A program made the translations under genes and the position numbers. From contig OX597819.1 of NCBI GenBank assembly GCA_951406725.2, forward strand, positions 28,768,001-28,832,000: a stretch of DNA of 64,000 nt, written 5' to 3'. The notes beneath the pieces were generated by a model, which made no database searches, was not told the origin of the DNA, and was given only the letters and a program-made list of their open reading frames with translations. The DNA comes from Octopus vulgaris. Lineage: Eukaryota. Of this stretch, positions 25,613 through 38,836 are shown piece after piece; position 1 is the stretch's first letter, and every line of letters begins with the position of its first letter.

Positions 25613-26062
25613 CACTTCTTAATTTGAGCTGAGGCAATGCAAGCAGGAGGAACGTTACTAAGATCCACACTCAAAGAGCAATAAATATATTCATATATTC
25701 ATTTATATCTACAGAACAGATATAAAATTCGACATATATAAATATAATAATATATATAAATAGATAAAAATCATATAATATATATAAACATATAAGAATT
25801 GGTGTTACACACAAAAAACAGTGAATTTATGCTTAAAGTTATAAAACATTGGTATGATGTAACATCGATTCTTATATATTTATATATATTATATTATTTT
25901 TATCTATTTATATATACTATATTTATATTTGTCGAATTTTATATCCGTTCTGTAGATATAAATGAATATATGAATATATGTATGTATTTGATCTTTGAGT
26001 GTGGATCTTAGTAATGTTCCTTTAGTTCCTGCTTGCATTGCCTCCACTCAAATTAAGAAGTG
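25613..26062. repeat. Long inverted repeat (arms about 195-205 bp, spacer about 50 bp)
   Basis: CACTTCTTAATTTGAG...ACTAAGATCCACACTCAAAGA... is mirrored by ...TCTTTGAGTGTGGATCTTAGT...CTCAAATTAAGAAGTG. Confidence 0.85.
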
Positions 26063-26447
26063 GTGCCAAGAGCACCATCTGAGTGTGATCGTTGCCAGAG
26101 CAGCCAACTGGCTTCCGTACCGGTGGCACGTAAAAGGGCACCATTCAAGCATGATCGTTATCAACATTGTTTCACTGGCACCTGTGCTGGTGGCACGTGT
26201 AAAAAGATTTGAGCGAGGTCATTGCCAGTGCCGCCTGACTGGCCCTCGTGCTGGTGGCACGTAAAAAGCACCCACTACACTCTCGGAGTGGTTGGCATTA
26301 GGAAGGGCATCCAGCTGTAGAAACTCTGCCAGATCAAGATTGGAGCCTGGTGCAGCCATCTGGCTCGCCAGCCATCAGTCAAAATCGTCCAACCCATGCT
26401 AGCATGGAAAGCGGACGTTAAACAATGATGATGATGATGATGATGGT
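26063..26447 (+). mobile_element. RTE-tailed SINE-like repeat
   Basis: GGTGGCACGTAAAA repeats, GGAAGGGCATCCAGCTGTAGAAAC and a (GAT)n tail. Confidence 0.8.
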
Positions 26448-26489
26448 GATATATATATAAATAAGTGTTTCTGTTTTAAGTCAACAGAC

Positions 26490-27540
26490 TAATTTGTGTG
26501 TTGTAGAAAAATATCGTAGTATTTATTACTTTGGATGAAAGTATATTGATTATCACTTATGGTGACAATAGTTACTACTTTGATGAAATATTGAAATTTA
26601 CATAAGTGTTGTAATCTCGAGAAATAGAGATTATGAATGCTACAACAGAATTTCTGGTTACATAGAAGATCCATTTCCATTCTTTGTTTTTACCACAATG
26701 ATAAGGCTACTTGAATTTCTTATTCTTGATATACCAACATAAAGCAAAGAGAGAAGCATTCTTTGTTCTGTACATTGATGCCGAGCTTCCAAATGCATCT
26801 GGTATTGAGCTTTGTGAATTGTATGACAAAAGAATTAGTTTGAAGAGAAATTACTGCCTTTGTATTTGGAATGGCAGAACATGATGACTTTATAGCCTAT
26901 GTATTCTTGGAATAAATAACTCTTCCCATTTATGAGTGCTAGAAGCAATAACAGTAAATAACTGCATTGTTGAGGCTCTTGATAATGTATCTTGTGCCAA
27001 TTTTAATCGCCATATTAGTGGTACCAAATTTAGAAATACAACTGGTGAACTTTTTGTACTTAGCCACGCTACCTCAATAAATTGTGCTTAAAATTCTGTT
27101 TAGTAAAGATGTGCTTCATCATTCTTAAAGACCATGGTATTTCTGAAATATTCTTTGATTTGACCTGGAAAGCAACCACTCATAATGTTATCAACTCCAT
27201 TAACACTGTTGTTGGTTAAACAAAAGAATGGCATGCTGTGATCCCTAGAATTTGCAAAAATACAGTTGCAAAAACGTTGTAGATTTAATCTAGAAAACAC
27301 AGGATTTTTGGCAATTTGTATCTAATCAATCTTACCAGTATGATATTTTCCTTCACTGATTCTACGCAAAAATCCTGCATAATTTTCTGTACTATTGGCT
27401 CATGCCACCTAAATTCACATGTAAGTTGTGTTATTTGAATTCTGTAAAGGAAAGTTCTGTGTGATATGACTGGAAGAATTTGGTGCCATTCACCTGAAAA
27501 CGCCATCATAATTTGACCAAAAGATTTGTAAAATTCACAA
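26490..27540 (-). mobile_element. Helitron PIF1-like helicase remnant
   Basis: KSFGQIMMAFSGEWHQILPVI (compare FGGK..GDFRQILPV) and the downstream IPRI...LPFQ..RQ.FP of the RepHel helicase C-terminus, with many stops. Confidence 0.7.
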
Positions 27541-28551
27541 CTGTATATGCTGTATGTGTGTGTGTGTGTATGTGTGTGTGTGTGTGTGTGTGCGTGCGTG
27601 TGTGTGTTGAATATACAATGTGTATATGTTTGTATATATTTTAGATAGTTTCTCTTCATGCTGGTATACATGTACACACTCGTGTTTTGATTCCAAGATT
27701 TTTCTCTTCTTTATTTCTTTCATATTTTACTTTCATTTTTGGAGACACACATACAAACATACACATTTAAAGAGTTTAATGCCCATTTATAACATGTTTG
27801 TGCTACATCCCCCTTGTGCCAAACATTAAAAAAATAATAATAACCCAGTAAAGTTAAAATTCCTTTATGAATTTCTTTGACTATGCTGATACAGTTAGAA
27901 GCAAATCAAAATTTCTTTCCCCCTAAAATAAGATTTTTATCTCTGTCTTTTTAAGATGTTCTTTTATTTATATCTTGATTATCTCTTAATTGGACATTTA
28001 TCATTCTTTGATGGCATCAATATGTCAAAAATTAATACATTTCATGAGCTGAGATCACTCCAATTAATCTTATGTAGCCATTTGTAAGATTACTATGAGA
28101 ACTCTTTTCCTCTTCCATGTCGATCACTAGCAATTCAAAAGTTTTTCTTCTTTCTTATCTTGTTCAGTCATTTGACTGCGGTCATGCTGGGGCCACCACC
28201 TTGAAAGATTTGGTCAAACAAATCAACCTCGGTACTTATTATATTTTCTAAGCTTGGTACTTATTATATATCAGTCTCTTTTTGCCAACTCAAAGTTATG
28301 GGGACACAAACAAACCAACACTGGCTGTCAACTGGTAATGGGAGGTAAATTCAAGCACATAGACACATTCATACATACATACATACATACACACACATAT
28401 ACATACATACATACATACATACATACATACATACATACATACATACATACATACATACATACATACATACATACATGCATGCATACATACATACATACAT
28501 ACATACAAACATACATACATACATACATACATACATACATACATACATACA

Positions 28552-28585
<34 letters not shown>

Positions 28586-28631
28586 CATGCATACATACAT
28601 ATAAACATAAATATTTATATATATATATATA

Positions 28632-29775
28632 GCAATGAATTCAGGGTACAAATAGGGGTTCACAAAAGATCAGTCCTCAGCCCCCTCTTGTTCATCATAG
28701 TCCTCCAGGCAATAACAGAGGAATTTAAGTCAGGCTGCCCCTGGGAGCTACTCTATGCTGATGACCTTGTACTTATAGCTGAATCACTATCAGAACTAGA
28801 GAAAGAATTTCAGGTGTGGAAGCAAGGTCTAGAATTAAAGGGTCTTAGCGAAAGACCTTTTTTAGTAGGAAAGTGGACAAATCACAAATCCTTTCAGGCC
28901 CTGCTTGATATGAAAGAAAAGATGTAGGTGAAAACTTCATAAGATGTACCCAGTGCAAGCTATGTACATAAGGGGTGCTATGTACATATTAGAGGGAGGT
29001 TAACAGAGAATACAGTCTTGTGTGTGACAGATGTACATGTACAATAAACACTAGAAATATGCAGAAAATAGACTCCATCAAATGCCCAGGGGAATACCAA
29101 GAAGTGGTTGATAGCTGTGCTCTGAGAGCATAGCTGCTAGAATAAGAATAGGCAGGGCAAAGTTTAGAGAGCTTTTACCTTTGTTGGTAATTAAGTGCCT
29201 CTCCCTCAGAATGAAAGATAGATTGCATGATATCTCTGCGCAAACAGCCATGCTATACGGTAGTGAAATATGGGCTGTAACTGCTGAGGGCATATGTAGG
29301 TTTGAAAGAAATGAAACTAGTACACTTCGCTGGATATGCAGTGTCAGTGTGCATGTATGACAGAGTGTAAACATCTTGAGAGAAAAGTTGGGCATAAGAA
29401 GCATCCAATGTGGTGTGCAAGAGAGACAACTGTACTAATATGGTCATGTGATGAGCATGGACAAGGATAGATAGTTGTGTAAAGAAGTGCCAATCTCTAA
29501 CTGTGGAAGGAACCTATGGAAGATGTAGACCCAGGAAGACATGGGATGAGGTGGTGAAGCATGATCTCTGAATGCTGGGCCTCACAGAGGCAATAACAAG
29601 TGACTGAGACCTTTGGTAATATGCTGAGCTTGAGAAGACTCATCAAGCCAAGTGAAATTGTAGTCGAGGCCAGTGCCAGTGTCACATAAATAGCACAGCT
29701 CTCCAGCTTATCAAATCCAGTCAAACCATCTAAACTGTGCCAGCATGGAAAGCAGATGCTAGATGATGATGATGA
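28632..29775 (+). mobile_element. RTE-clade LINE 3' half (RT), decayed, with (GAT)n tail
   Basis: GVHKRSVLSPLLFIIVLQAITEEFKSGCPWELLYADDLVLIAE; MLYGSEIWAV; GHVMSM; RPRKTWDEVVK. Confidence 0.9.
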
Positions 29776-29807
29776 TAATATATAAATATATATATATATA
29801 TATAGAA

Positions 29808-30034
29808 GGTGGCGAGCTGGTAGAAACGTTAGCACGCCAGGCGAAATTCGTAGCCGTATTTCGTCTGTCGTTACGTTCCGAGTTCAAATTCCACCGAGGT
29901 CGACTTTGCCTTTCATCCTTTCGGGGTCGATAAATTAAGTACCAGTTACGCACTGGGGTCGATGTAATCGACTTAATCCCTTTGTCTGTCCTTGTTTGTC
30001 CCCCTCTGTGTTTAGCCCCTTGTGGGTAGTAAAG

Positions 30035-30038
<4 letters not shown>
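29808..30038 (+). mobile_element. tRNA-derived SINE family B, young copy
   Basis: Head GGTGGCGAGCTGG...GAGTTCAAATTCC, central CCGAGGTCGACTTTGCCTTTCATCCTTTCGGGGTCGATAAA. CpGs intact. Confidence 0.85.
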
Positions 30039-30090
<52 letters not shown>

Positions 30091-30201
30091 GTTTCTATCT
30101 ACCCAAGTGTCAAAACCATAGTGATATCTGAGGGGCAGCTGATGATGGAGGTATGTTGGGTTGTTGGTATGGCTGTGGAATAGTATTATAACACATCCTT
30201 T

Positions 30202-30269
<68 letters not shown>

Positions 30270-30593
30270 GTTGAAAAGGCATTGGGAGTCTTTAAGATGA
30301 TAAAGTTAAATGAGATAGAAAGATATGGGGCTATGCTGTAGTTGTCTTGCTTCTGATCAGAGTTTGAAAATGCTCTTGTTTTTATGGAGTGAACATAGTT
30401 CAAATTAGTATCTGTTTAGGATACAATTTGATTGGCATCGGATGATCAAGTGAATAGGCTTAGAAACTTTTGTAAGTACTCCCTCCTCTACCCAAATATA
30501 TATTTACGCAAACCATGGCTGGAATAACATCAACAAGCCACACAAACTCTAACCTATACACAATAAAAGAAATCTAACAATATTTATTGACTA

Positions 30594-30630
<37 letters not shown>

Positions 30631-31852
30631 GTTTAACGTCCGCTTTCCATGCTAGCATGGGTTGGACTAAATGTATGTACATATACGCAGCGCTAAGCGT
30701 GTGGCAAGCTTTCTACGGCTGGATGCCCTTCCTGACGCCAACCCCCATCTGTTACCAAGCGAGGTAGTTTTTCCCTCTCTCCCTTTCAGAGAGGCACAAG
30801 CACCTACACGCACATATACACACACGGCAGTAACTTCCACCTACCGAATTCAATCACAAAGCTCCGGTCGGCTCGGGGCTATAGTGGAAGATACCTACCC
30901 AAAGTGCCACGCAGTGGGACTGAACCCGAAACCATGTAGCTAGGAAGCAAGCTCCCTAACCACACGGCCATGCCCGCACAATTCCTGTCCACGTTAACAC
31001 TTGACAGATTAAATTTAGAGGGCCCTGATTGTTTGGGACCGTCACTAGACAAGTTTGCTCAACCATGTCAGTCTTAACTTTCTGGGCAAAAAATATTGTC
31101 ACGTGACATTAACTGATGGACTTTGGCCTAGTAAACTTACAAAAACTACAAAGCCTATTCATGTGATCATCCTCTGCCAATGAAACTGTATCTTAAACAG
31201 ATACACATTTGAGCCATGTTCTCTCCATAAAACAAGAGAACTTTTGAACTCTAGTAAGATAGTTACAACATAGCCCCATGTTTTTCTATCTATCAAGTCC
31301 ACTCATAAAGCTTTGGTTGGCCCTGGATTGTAGTAGAACACAGCTAGTCATGGCATCATGCAGTGAGACTAAACCAAGACCTTATGGTTGGGAAGCAAAC
31401 TTCTTACTACACAGCCATGCTTAAGTTTAGTTTGCTAATAAAATGTTTCTAAGCATGATAGACTGGCAGAACTGGTAGAATGTTGGACAAAATATTTAAT
31501 GGCATTTAGTTGTGGTCTCTTTACATTCAGAGTTCAAATCACATCAAAGCTGACGTTACACTTCAGTGAAAAGTAAAATAAAGTACGAGTTAGGTGCCAA
31601 GACTGATTTAACAGATTGACTTCATCCATTCAAATCTCAGGGTATGTGCTTATGTTAGAAGCAATTATTTAGGATGGCAGAATCCTGAATTGGACAAACT
31701 GTCTAATGATATTTTTTCCAGAAACTTATGTTCTGAATTCAAATCCCTGAGAGACTAACTTTACCTTTCATCACTCTGGGGTTAGAAAAATAATGTACTA
31801 TTAAAGAACTGGGGCTGGTTTAATCAGCTGTGTCCTTTCTCTATATATTAGA

Positions 31853-32144
31853 CTAGCAGTATCGCCCGGCGTTGCTTGGGTTTGTAAGGGAAATAACTAC
31901 ATAAGCATTTTTAGAGAGTTACTTCCCTTATATAATAGCAAAAAAAATGCATTAAAAATGGGAAAAAATGATGGTAAATTTTTTTTTAAATCGTAGACTC
32001 ATTGTGCTAATACCCAGAAGGGCTCGATATGAATCACAACTATAAGATACCCGCTTTTGGTTACACTGCACCGCAAAATGTGGGAGTAGTTAGGAATCTA
32101 AATCGTAGGAGACAGACACACAACTTCACTTTTATATATAAAGA
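31853..32144 (-). mobile_element. Non-autonomous Helitron
   Basis: Minus strand A|TCTTTATATATAAAAG ... CCCAAGCAACGCCGGG hairpin ... CTAG|T: canonical 5'-TC, 3'-CTAG and A|T insertion site. Confidence 0.9.
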
Positions 32145-32620
32145 TATCATTAATATGAATGTGTTGATGCTTTGAACCTTGTTTTTGTTTTTAACCTAAT
32201 TTATATAAATGACTTATTGGAAAAAGTATGAACTTTAAAATTACTGATGTACTGTTTGGTATTTCTCTTACTATATCTCCATTGAAATGTCCTTATTGAT
32301 TTCACTGTCTAGCTATTCAGCCTAGTATTTCTCTGATTTATTCTCCATTAGCTTAAATGTCAAATGTCATTTGAATCAATGCTTAAATACATATTGAACT
32401 CTTTAGAATATTATTATTCAGTCATTTTGGCTTTATGAAGCTCTACAAGAAGTATCAGGCTTGTTCAGTTATTATAACATATTGGGCACCTATGAAGACT
32501 TTGTCTTCATGTAGTGTGTCTTGAGGGAATCATACTTGTTCAAACCTTACCCTCAAAAATAGCCAAGTTAAGACTGTAATTAACATCAAGGATTCTGTTG
32601 TCCTGAATATACTAATCTTA

Positions 32621-32975
32621 CAAGCCTACTTACATACTGTATTGTACATTTACAGAGTGGTCTTATCATTACCTCAGCAAGCATGGTACTGTCTAGGCTT
32701 CTCCAAAGTTCAATGATACTGAAACATGCCTAGAGTTGTCTTCTGTACTTGTTGAATTTATTGAAATGATATAACTCATTGAGATAATGTTAATTTCACA
32801 AGCCTACATGCATACAGTATTGTACCTCTATGTAGTGGTTTTCTTATCCTTACTTCAGCAAGTATGGTGAAGACTAGGCTTCACTGAAGAAGTTTAATAA
32901 TACTAAAACAAGTTCAGAGTTATCTTTCATACTTGCTGAATTGATTAAAATAATATATGTCATTGAAATAATGTT
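32621..32975. repeat. Diverged tandem duplication of about 178 bp
   Basis: CAAGCCTAC..CATAC.GTATTGTAC ... TCATTGA.ATAATGTT occurs at 32621-32790 and again at 32798-32975. Confidence 0.75.
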
Positions 32976-33000
32976 GTTTTTGCCTCACCACATAATTTCA

Positions 33001-33039
<39 letters not shown>

Positions 33040-33596
33040 GAATGCCAAAAATGAGGCAAGAACACAAAACATCCAGACAGACAATGCAAAAAAAAAAAAA
33101 AAAACAAGGACAGGTCATTCGGAGTTTTCTTTCTTCAGTCGAGTTCCAGATTATCTTTGCAATTTTGGCTAGATATACTTGAGATTGCTCCATGGATAAA
33201 ACGGAGAAAAGGTACACAAATACAAATGCAAATAAAAGACATTAACAACATGTGTCTTTCGACTAAGGGTGAATTAAATTAAGCTGGCGTGTGTGGAAGT
33301 GAAACCTTACGGCAGGGATATAAGGGATGACAGGCATGGTGAGGAATATAGATGTTGCATGGATGGTAGTCAAACTAAGAAAGAAAGGTCAGGCTTGGCT
33401 GAACACCAGTCATGTGGAGAGAGAAGAGAGAGAGAGAGAGAGGTAGAAGCAGAGGGATAGAAGAATTAGGGAGGGACGAGAAAAAAGGAAAGGGACAGAG
33501 TGAAGTGAAAGAGGAGGGATGGTGAGAATGAAGAGAAAGCCAGGAAATGTGAGGGGGAATGAAATAAAGAAGAATGGAAAGAACGAAATAAGTGTG

Positions 33597-34869
33597 AAGG
33601 GGCTGGACAAAATACTGGAAACACCTAGCATCATAGCATCATAATTTTGAAATATCTATAAAACTATCAAAAGCTTGTTTATTTTTATGCGTTTCAATTT
33701 ATTATTAGTGCTGATTAATATGTTTTGCTAAAATTGCTGCTTCTTTTCAAATATCAATAGAAAAAGGTAATTAAAATTCATTAAAATGACAGATCTACCA
33801 AACTTTCAAAGCGGTCAAATTGTTGGTGCTCGTATGGCAGGAGCTAGCTTAACGAAAACAGCCAAAATGTTTGGCGTATCAAGAAGTACTGTCTCGAAAG
33901 TAATGACAGCCTTTGAGAAAGAGGGAAAAACCTCCTCGTCAAAACAAAACTCTGGAAGAAAACCAATACTTTCAGATAGGATCCATCAGACACCTACATG
34001 AATTGTTAGAAAGGATCACAAAAGTACAGTTCCCAAAATTACTGCAGAGCTTAATGACCACCTTGAGAACCCAGTTTCCACAAAAACTGTTCGCCGGGAG
34101 CTGCACAAAGCTGGATTTCATGGAAGGGCTGCAATCAGAAAACCACTACTTTCAAAAACAAACATTACAAAGCATTTAGAGTGGAGTAAAAACCTACAGA
34201 ATTGGTTCCTAGAGCAGTGGAAGAATGTTATTTTCTCGGACGACTCATCTTTTACCTTATTTCCGACAACCGGCCAAGTGTACGTGTGGAGACAGCCAAA
34301 AGAAGCATTTGACTCAGACTGCCTTCTTCCAACTGTTAAACATGGAGGGTGATCTGTGATGATTTGGGGGGCTACATCTTGGAAATCCACTGACCCAATG
34401 GTTTCCCTTCATGGCAGAATTAATAGTCAAGACTATTTAAGCATGTTATCTGATCAAATTCATCCTATGACTGCAGAACTGTTTCCAGAGGAAAACGCAA
34501 TCTTTCAGGATGATAATGCACCAATTCACACAGCTAAACTTGTTACTGAATGGCATCAAGAACATTCTAGTGAAGCTGAACATCTTATCTTGCCACCACA
34601 GTCCCCAGATCTCAATATTATTGAACATTTATGATGCATTTTAGAAAAACAAGTAAGGAGTCAATATCCTCCACCATCATCACTACAAGAACTGGAGACT
34701 GTTTTAGCTGAAGAATGGACAAAAATTCCTTTGGAAACAATTCAAACTTTGTACGAGTCCAGACCTCATAGAATTCAAGCTGTAATTACTGCCAAAGGTA
34801 GTTCAACCCTATATTAAAATAAATTTGTTTGAAATTTTAAGGTGTTTCCATTATTTTGTCCAACCCCTG
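33597..34869 (+). mobile_element. Tc1-family DNA transposon, near full length, DD36E
   Basis: TIR (C)AGGGG.TGGACAAAATA.TGGAAACACC at both ends, TA on the right flank, single transposase frame inside. Confidence 0.92.
33786..34817 (+). pseudogene. Tc1-like transposase pseudogene (343 codons, 3 in-frame stops, no frameshift)
   Basis: HTH N-terminus with GRK; VIFSDDS; TVKHGG*SVMIWG; FQDDNAPIH...PQSPDLNIIEHL, with 36 residues between the second D and E. Confidence 0.9.
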
Positions 34870-34887
34870 TATATACATATATGTTTT

Positions 34888-35276
34888 TATTTTTAGAAGC
34901 ACTCCGTCGGTTACGACGACGAGGGTTCCGGTTGATCCGATCAACGGAACAGCCTGCTCGTGAAATTAACGTGTAAGTGGCTGAGCACTCCACAGACACG
35001 TGTACCCTTAACGTAGTTCTCGGGGATATTCAGCGTGACACAGAGAGTGACAAGGCCGGCCCTTTGAAATACAGGTACAACAGAAACAGGAAGTAAGAGT
35101 GAGAGAAAGTTGTGGTGAAAGAGTACAGCAGGGATCACCACCATCCCTGCCTGAACCTCGTGGAGCTTTAGGTGTTTTCGCTCAATAAACACTCACAACG
35201 CCCGGTCTGGGAATCGAAACCGTGATCCTACGACCGCGAGTCCGCTGCCCTAACCACTGGGCCATTGCGCCTCCAC
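34888..35276 (-). mobile_element. tRNA-derived SINE family C (second body type)
   Basis: Head GTGGAGGCGCAATGGCCCAGTGGTTAGGGCAGCGGACTC...GGTTTCGATTCCC, with flanking direct repeat CATATATGTTTT. Confidence 0.85.
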
Positions 35277-35623
35277 ATATATGTTTTAATGCTTACAACA
35301 TTAAATATGGTGATTACCACTGTAAGCTAAGTTTGTAAAGCTGACAAATTTAATATTGGCATTGATGATAGCAACAAGTTTTTAATAATTTGCAATGCAA
35401 ATTTTCAACAAGAAAGATTTTGTCATTTGAAATGTAAATGTCTAAGCTTCTGATAAAACATAGTGCTGGTGACAGGATATGAAACCCAGACACCTTGGAT
35501 GAATATCCACTGCTCTGCTGTCTTGGTCATTTTTGCATCTTTCATTAATAAAGTATTCAAAGGCAGTAAAAAATTTCATTGAAATAGTCACATGTATTGA
35601 AATCTCCATGTAAATGTCCTTAC

Positions 35624-35759
35624 ACATTTGAATAGATGACTGTAGGTGCAGGTAGGTGTCTGTCTGATGGAAGAACTAAATTTCCAAGTTGAGATGATAA
35701 TTTCATCAGCTGGAAAAAATTGATGGGAAAATGACAACTGCTTTGGATATTTAAGATTT
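35624..35759 (-). CDS. Candidate exon on the minus strand, gene unidentified
   Basis: Long pyrimidine tract plus CTAACAG acceptor and GTAAGG donor. Two frames open (NLKYPKQLSFSHQFFPADEIIISTW.. or ILNIQSSCHFPINFFQ..). No homolog recognised. Confidence 0.25.
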
Positions 35760-37400
35760 CTGTTAGTAAAGAATGAATGAAAGAAAGAAAAAAAGAAGTA
35801 AAGGCAAGTAAAAAATAAAAAGAAAATTTGCACCATTTACAGTAGATTATACATCCATCAAAGGTTATAATGGTAATCTGGAAAGATGGAAAGCGAATGT
35901 GCAATTACATATGGAGTTTTAAAATTCTGAATAGTTTTTGACAGAAAGTTACTGTTTCTTGGGGCAATCTGATTAGGGTTGACAGATAATGGAGTGAAAC
36001 TTGTCTCTCTTCAGACGCCATCATCTCTAAAAGCAGACCACAAATTCAAGTAGTTAGGTGATAGAATTGCTATTTTTAATTTTATGCTGCAAAAAGCAAA
36101 GAAATCGAAAAGAGCTGATGCAGAAAATGGGGAAGACAGCCGCAGAGTCTTAACGAAAAACTAAGGAAAAAGAAAGTAAAATTGAAGGAAAAGAGGAAAA
36201 ATAAATAAAAAAAAAATTGAAGGAAAAGAAAAAATACAGCTGAGATCATTAAGTGAGCACAGCAGGAAAATGAACTAAATCTTTGCCTTATAAATGTGAT
36301 TGATGTAAAAGGACACGACGTTTCTTTTGTCACCACTTACGATAAAGATTATAATCATTTGAAAAATGAAATAATATTCAGGTACTGAGACGTAATTATT
36401 TCTTCCGTTATTCAAATTTAGTTACAAAGACAGTTTAATAAATTCTCCTAACCACTCAAATATCCTGTCCAATTTACAACCTTTGCAGTATTTGTCAAGT
36501 TCTAAAATTGAAATTCGCACATTTTCTAGAATATATTCTATGCTATGATATAAGAGCAAGTTATCAAATAACCAATAAAAGCTAAGGTGAAATTTCTCAA
36601 TGATTTGTTAGAGATACGGTTTCTCATGAAAGTGGAAGTTCAAAATATTGGATAGCCTGATTGATGAATTAGTTTTATCAGATGTTTATCTTTTTTTTTT
36701 TTATTTTTTTTTTTTTTACAAGAATGAGAAACGGCACAAAACCAAACAAGATGAAGAATGAAAGATGAGGTAAAGTACTGATTGTGTTTGATGGTCATTA
36801 AATGATAGCGATAACAAAGAGGTTGTTTCAGTCATGACCATCTCGTCATCTTTCTTCAGACATCTATGACGTATTAAGCATGCATGCAGGTATGTATGTA
36901 TGTATTTTATGTATGTATGTATGTATGTATGTATTATGTATGTATGCATGTATGTATGTATGCATGTATGTATGTATGCACCACACATACATGCATGCAC
37001 GCACATACATATGCACATTCACATACACTCAAACACACATACATAAACATACACACACATACGAGGTGGTATCAAAGAATTCCTGGACTAGTTCTGTAGT
37101 GCGCCAACAAATGTTGTTCTCTGTAGTTGCATGCACAGAGGGAGCTAGCAGTGACTCTCATGAGGCAGTGTGCCAAGTGATATCATTGTGTTTACTCCTC
37201 AATTTATGAAATTTGTGTTTTAGTGATCATGTTTATGCTGTAGTCTGTGATTTTTGTCATGGAGAGGAAGTTGGAACAAAGAGCTAACGTGAAATTTTGT
37301 GTTAAAACTTGGGAAGTCTATTACAGAAATATTGAGCGTGTTTCAGCAAGCTTACGGTGGTGATGAAGTAATGGGTTGTAATAAATCAATGTTTGAAGTG

Positions 37401-37822
37401 ACCGCATCCTTCGTGTCTGATGGCATCACTTTGTCTCCAGCAATTCGGTGCGACACCAGTGCAGAATCACCTTCCTCCGACAAGTCATCCTAACGAGATG
37501 CCTGCGTTGGCTGGGTCATGCCCTCCGTCGTCAACCAGGAGAATACATCTACGAAGCAATTGCCCCAGCTCCCCTTCAGGGTTGGTGAAAGCGTCGTGGT
37601 GGACAACGAAAAACCTGGCTGATGACGGTCAAGGCTGATCTGGAACCCAACCTAGGCCCCCATATCTACAGCATTCGCCGCTGGAATAAGGAGTGGTTGG
37701 AGATCACGCGGTTGTTAGCCTCAAATCGCCAGGCCTGGTCGGCATTTGTGATAGATGCAGCAGTGAGGATGAATGAAGCCAGCTCAACCTACCCTGGGCG
37801 AATGCTGTAAGAAGAAGAAGTG
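37401..37822 (+). mobile_element. RTE LINE 3' end with (AAG)n tail, nested in the mariner
   Basis: LRWLGHALRR..KRRGGQRKTWLMTVKADL..ASNRQAWSAFV; GAAGTG repeated at both junctions. Confidence 0.8.
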
Positions 37823-38324
37823 GGCACTTCAAAAGCCACAGCTCAATCAAGAGCATGCTCATTGCTTTTTGACTTCCATGCTATTATGCCTAAAAAAATT
37901 TGTCTCTCAGGGCTAGACCATCAATCAAGAAATCAACTGCAACATTTTGAAGCATTAAGGGAGAACATTTGGTGAAAGCGACCAGATCTGTGTCATACAA
38001 AGAATTGGATACTTCACAGCAACAATGCACCCTGTCACCGAGCTCTCCTCACTCATAAGTTTCTCATCGAAAACAACATGGTATTGCTTCCACACCCAGC
38101 CTATTCACTAAATTTGTCACCCCCAAACTTCCATTTCTTCCCCAAGATGAAAATGCAGCTCAAAGGTCTTCACTTTAATACTGTTGTAGAGGTCCAGAGT
38201 GATTTGCAGAAGGTCCTTGACCCACTTATGGAAAATGACTTCCAGGCCAGATTCCAAAAGTGGCAGGAACTGTGAGACTGGTGTATTGCTGCTCAAGGTG
38301 ACTATTTCAAAGGAGATGATGTTC

Positions 38325-38705
38325 TTGCTGATGAACCACATGGTTCCAGGTTCAGTCCCACTGTGTGGCACTTTGAGCAAGTGTCTTCTACTATAGCCTC
38401 AGGCTGACCAAAGCCTTGTGAGTGGATTTGGTTGACGGAAGCTGAAAGAAGCCTGTCATATATATGTATATACATATATAAGTGTGTGTGTATATATGTT
38501 TGTGTGTCTGTGTTTGTCCCCTTCCAACATTGCTTGACAACCGATGCTGATGTGTTTACGTCCCCGTAACTTAGCAGTTTGGCAAAAGAGACCTATAGAA
38601 TAAGTACTAGGCTTACAAAGAATAAGTCCTGGGGTCAATTTGGTTGACTAAAGGAGGTGCTCCAGCATGGCCACAGTCACATGACTGAAACAAGTAAAAG
38701 AGTAA
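38325..38705 (+). mobile_element. SINE family A nested in the mariner
   Basis: Matches 8247-8683. Confidence 0.85.
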
Positions 38706-38767
38706 AATAAGTTATTTTGTATGAAACATAACTAGTCTAGGAACCTTGTGATACCACCTCATATATG

Positions 38768-38836
<69 letters not shown>

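Larger units (their letters stand above)
37062..38761 (+). mobile_element. Mariner transposon, internally deleted, hosting an RTE fragment and a SINE
   Basis: TA-flanked TIRs CGAGGTGGTATCA.AG..TTCCT.GACTAGTT; MERKLEQRANVKFCVK; NNAPCH..HPAYSLNLSPPNFHFFPKMK..AQGDYFKGD. Confidence 0.88.

Noticed and set aside
28254-28663. Long ORFs such as YVCM/HTYI/YIYI/SIYL repeats throughout the track
   Set aside because: These are translations of (TATG)n, (TA)n, (TATC)n and (TG)n microsatellites.
35190-35276. tRNA genes (also 12655, 8247, 29808)
   Set aside because: The A/B-box heads run into SINE bodies, several have TSDs, and none has a complete cloverleaf acceptor stem.
36815-36862. Hammerhead-like CUGAAGA...GAAA on the minus strand
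   Set aside because: Stem II is only partly formed and stems I and III do not pair. Too decayed to call.
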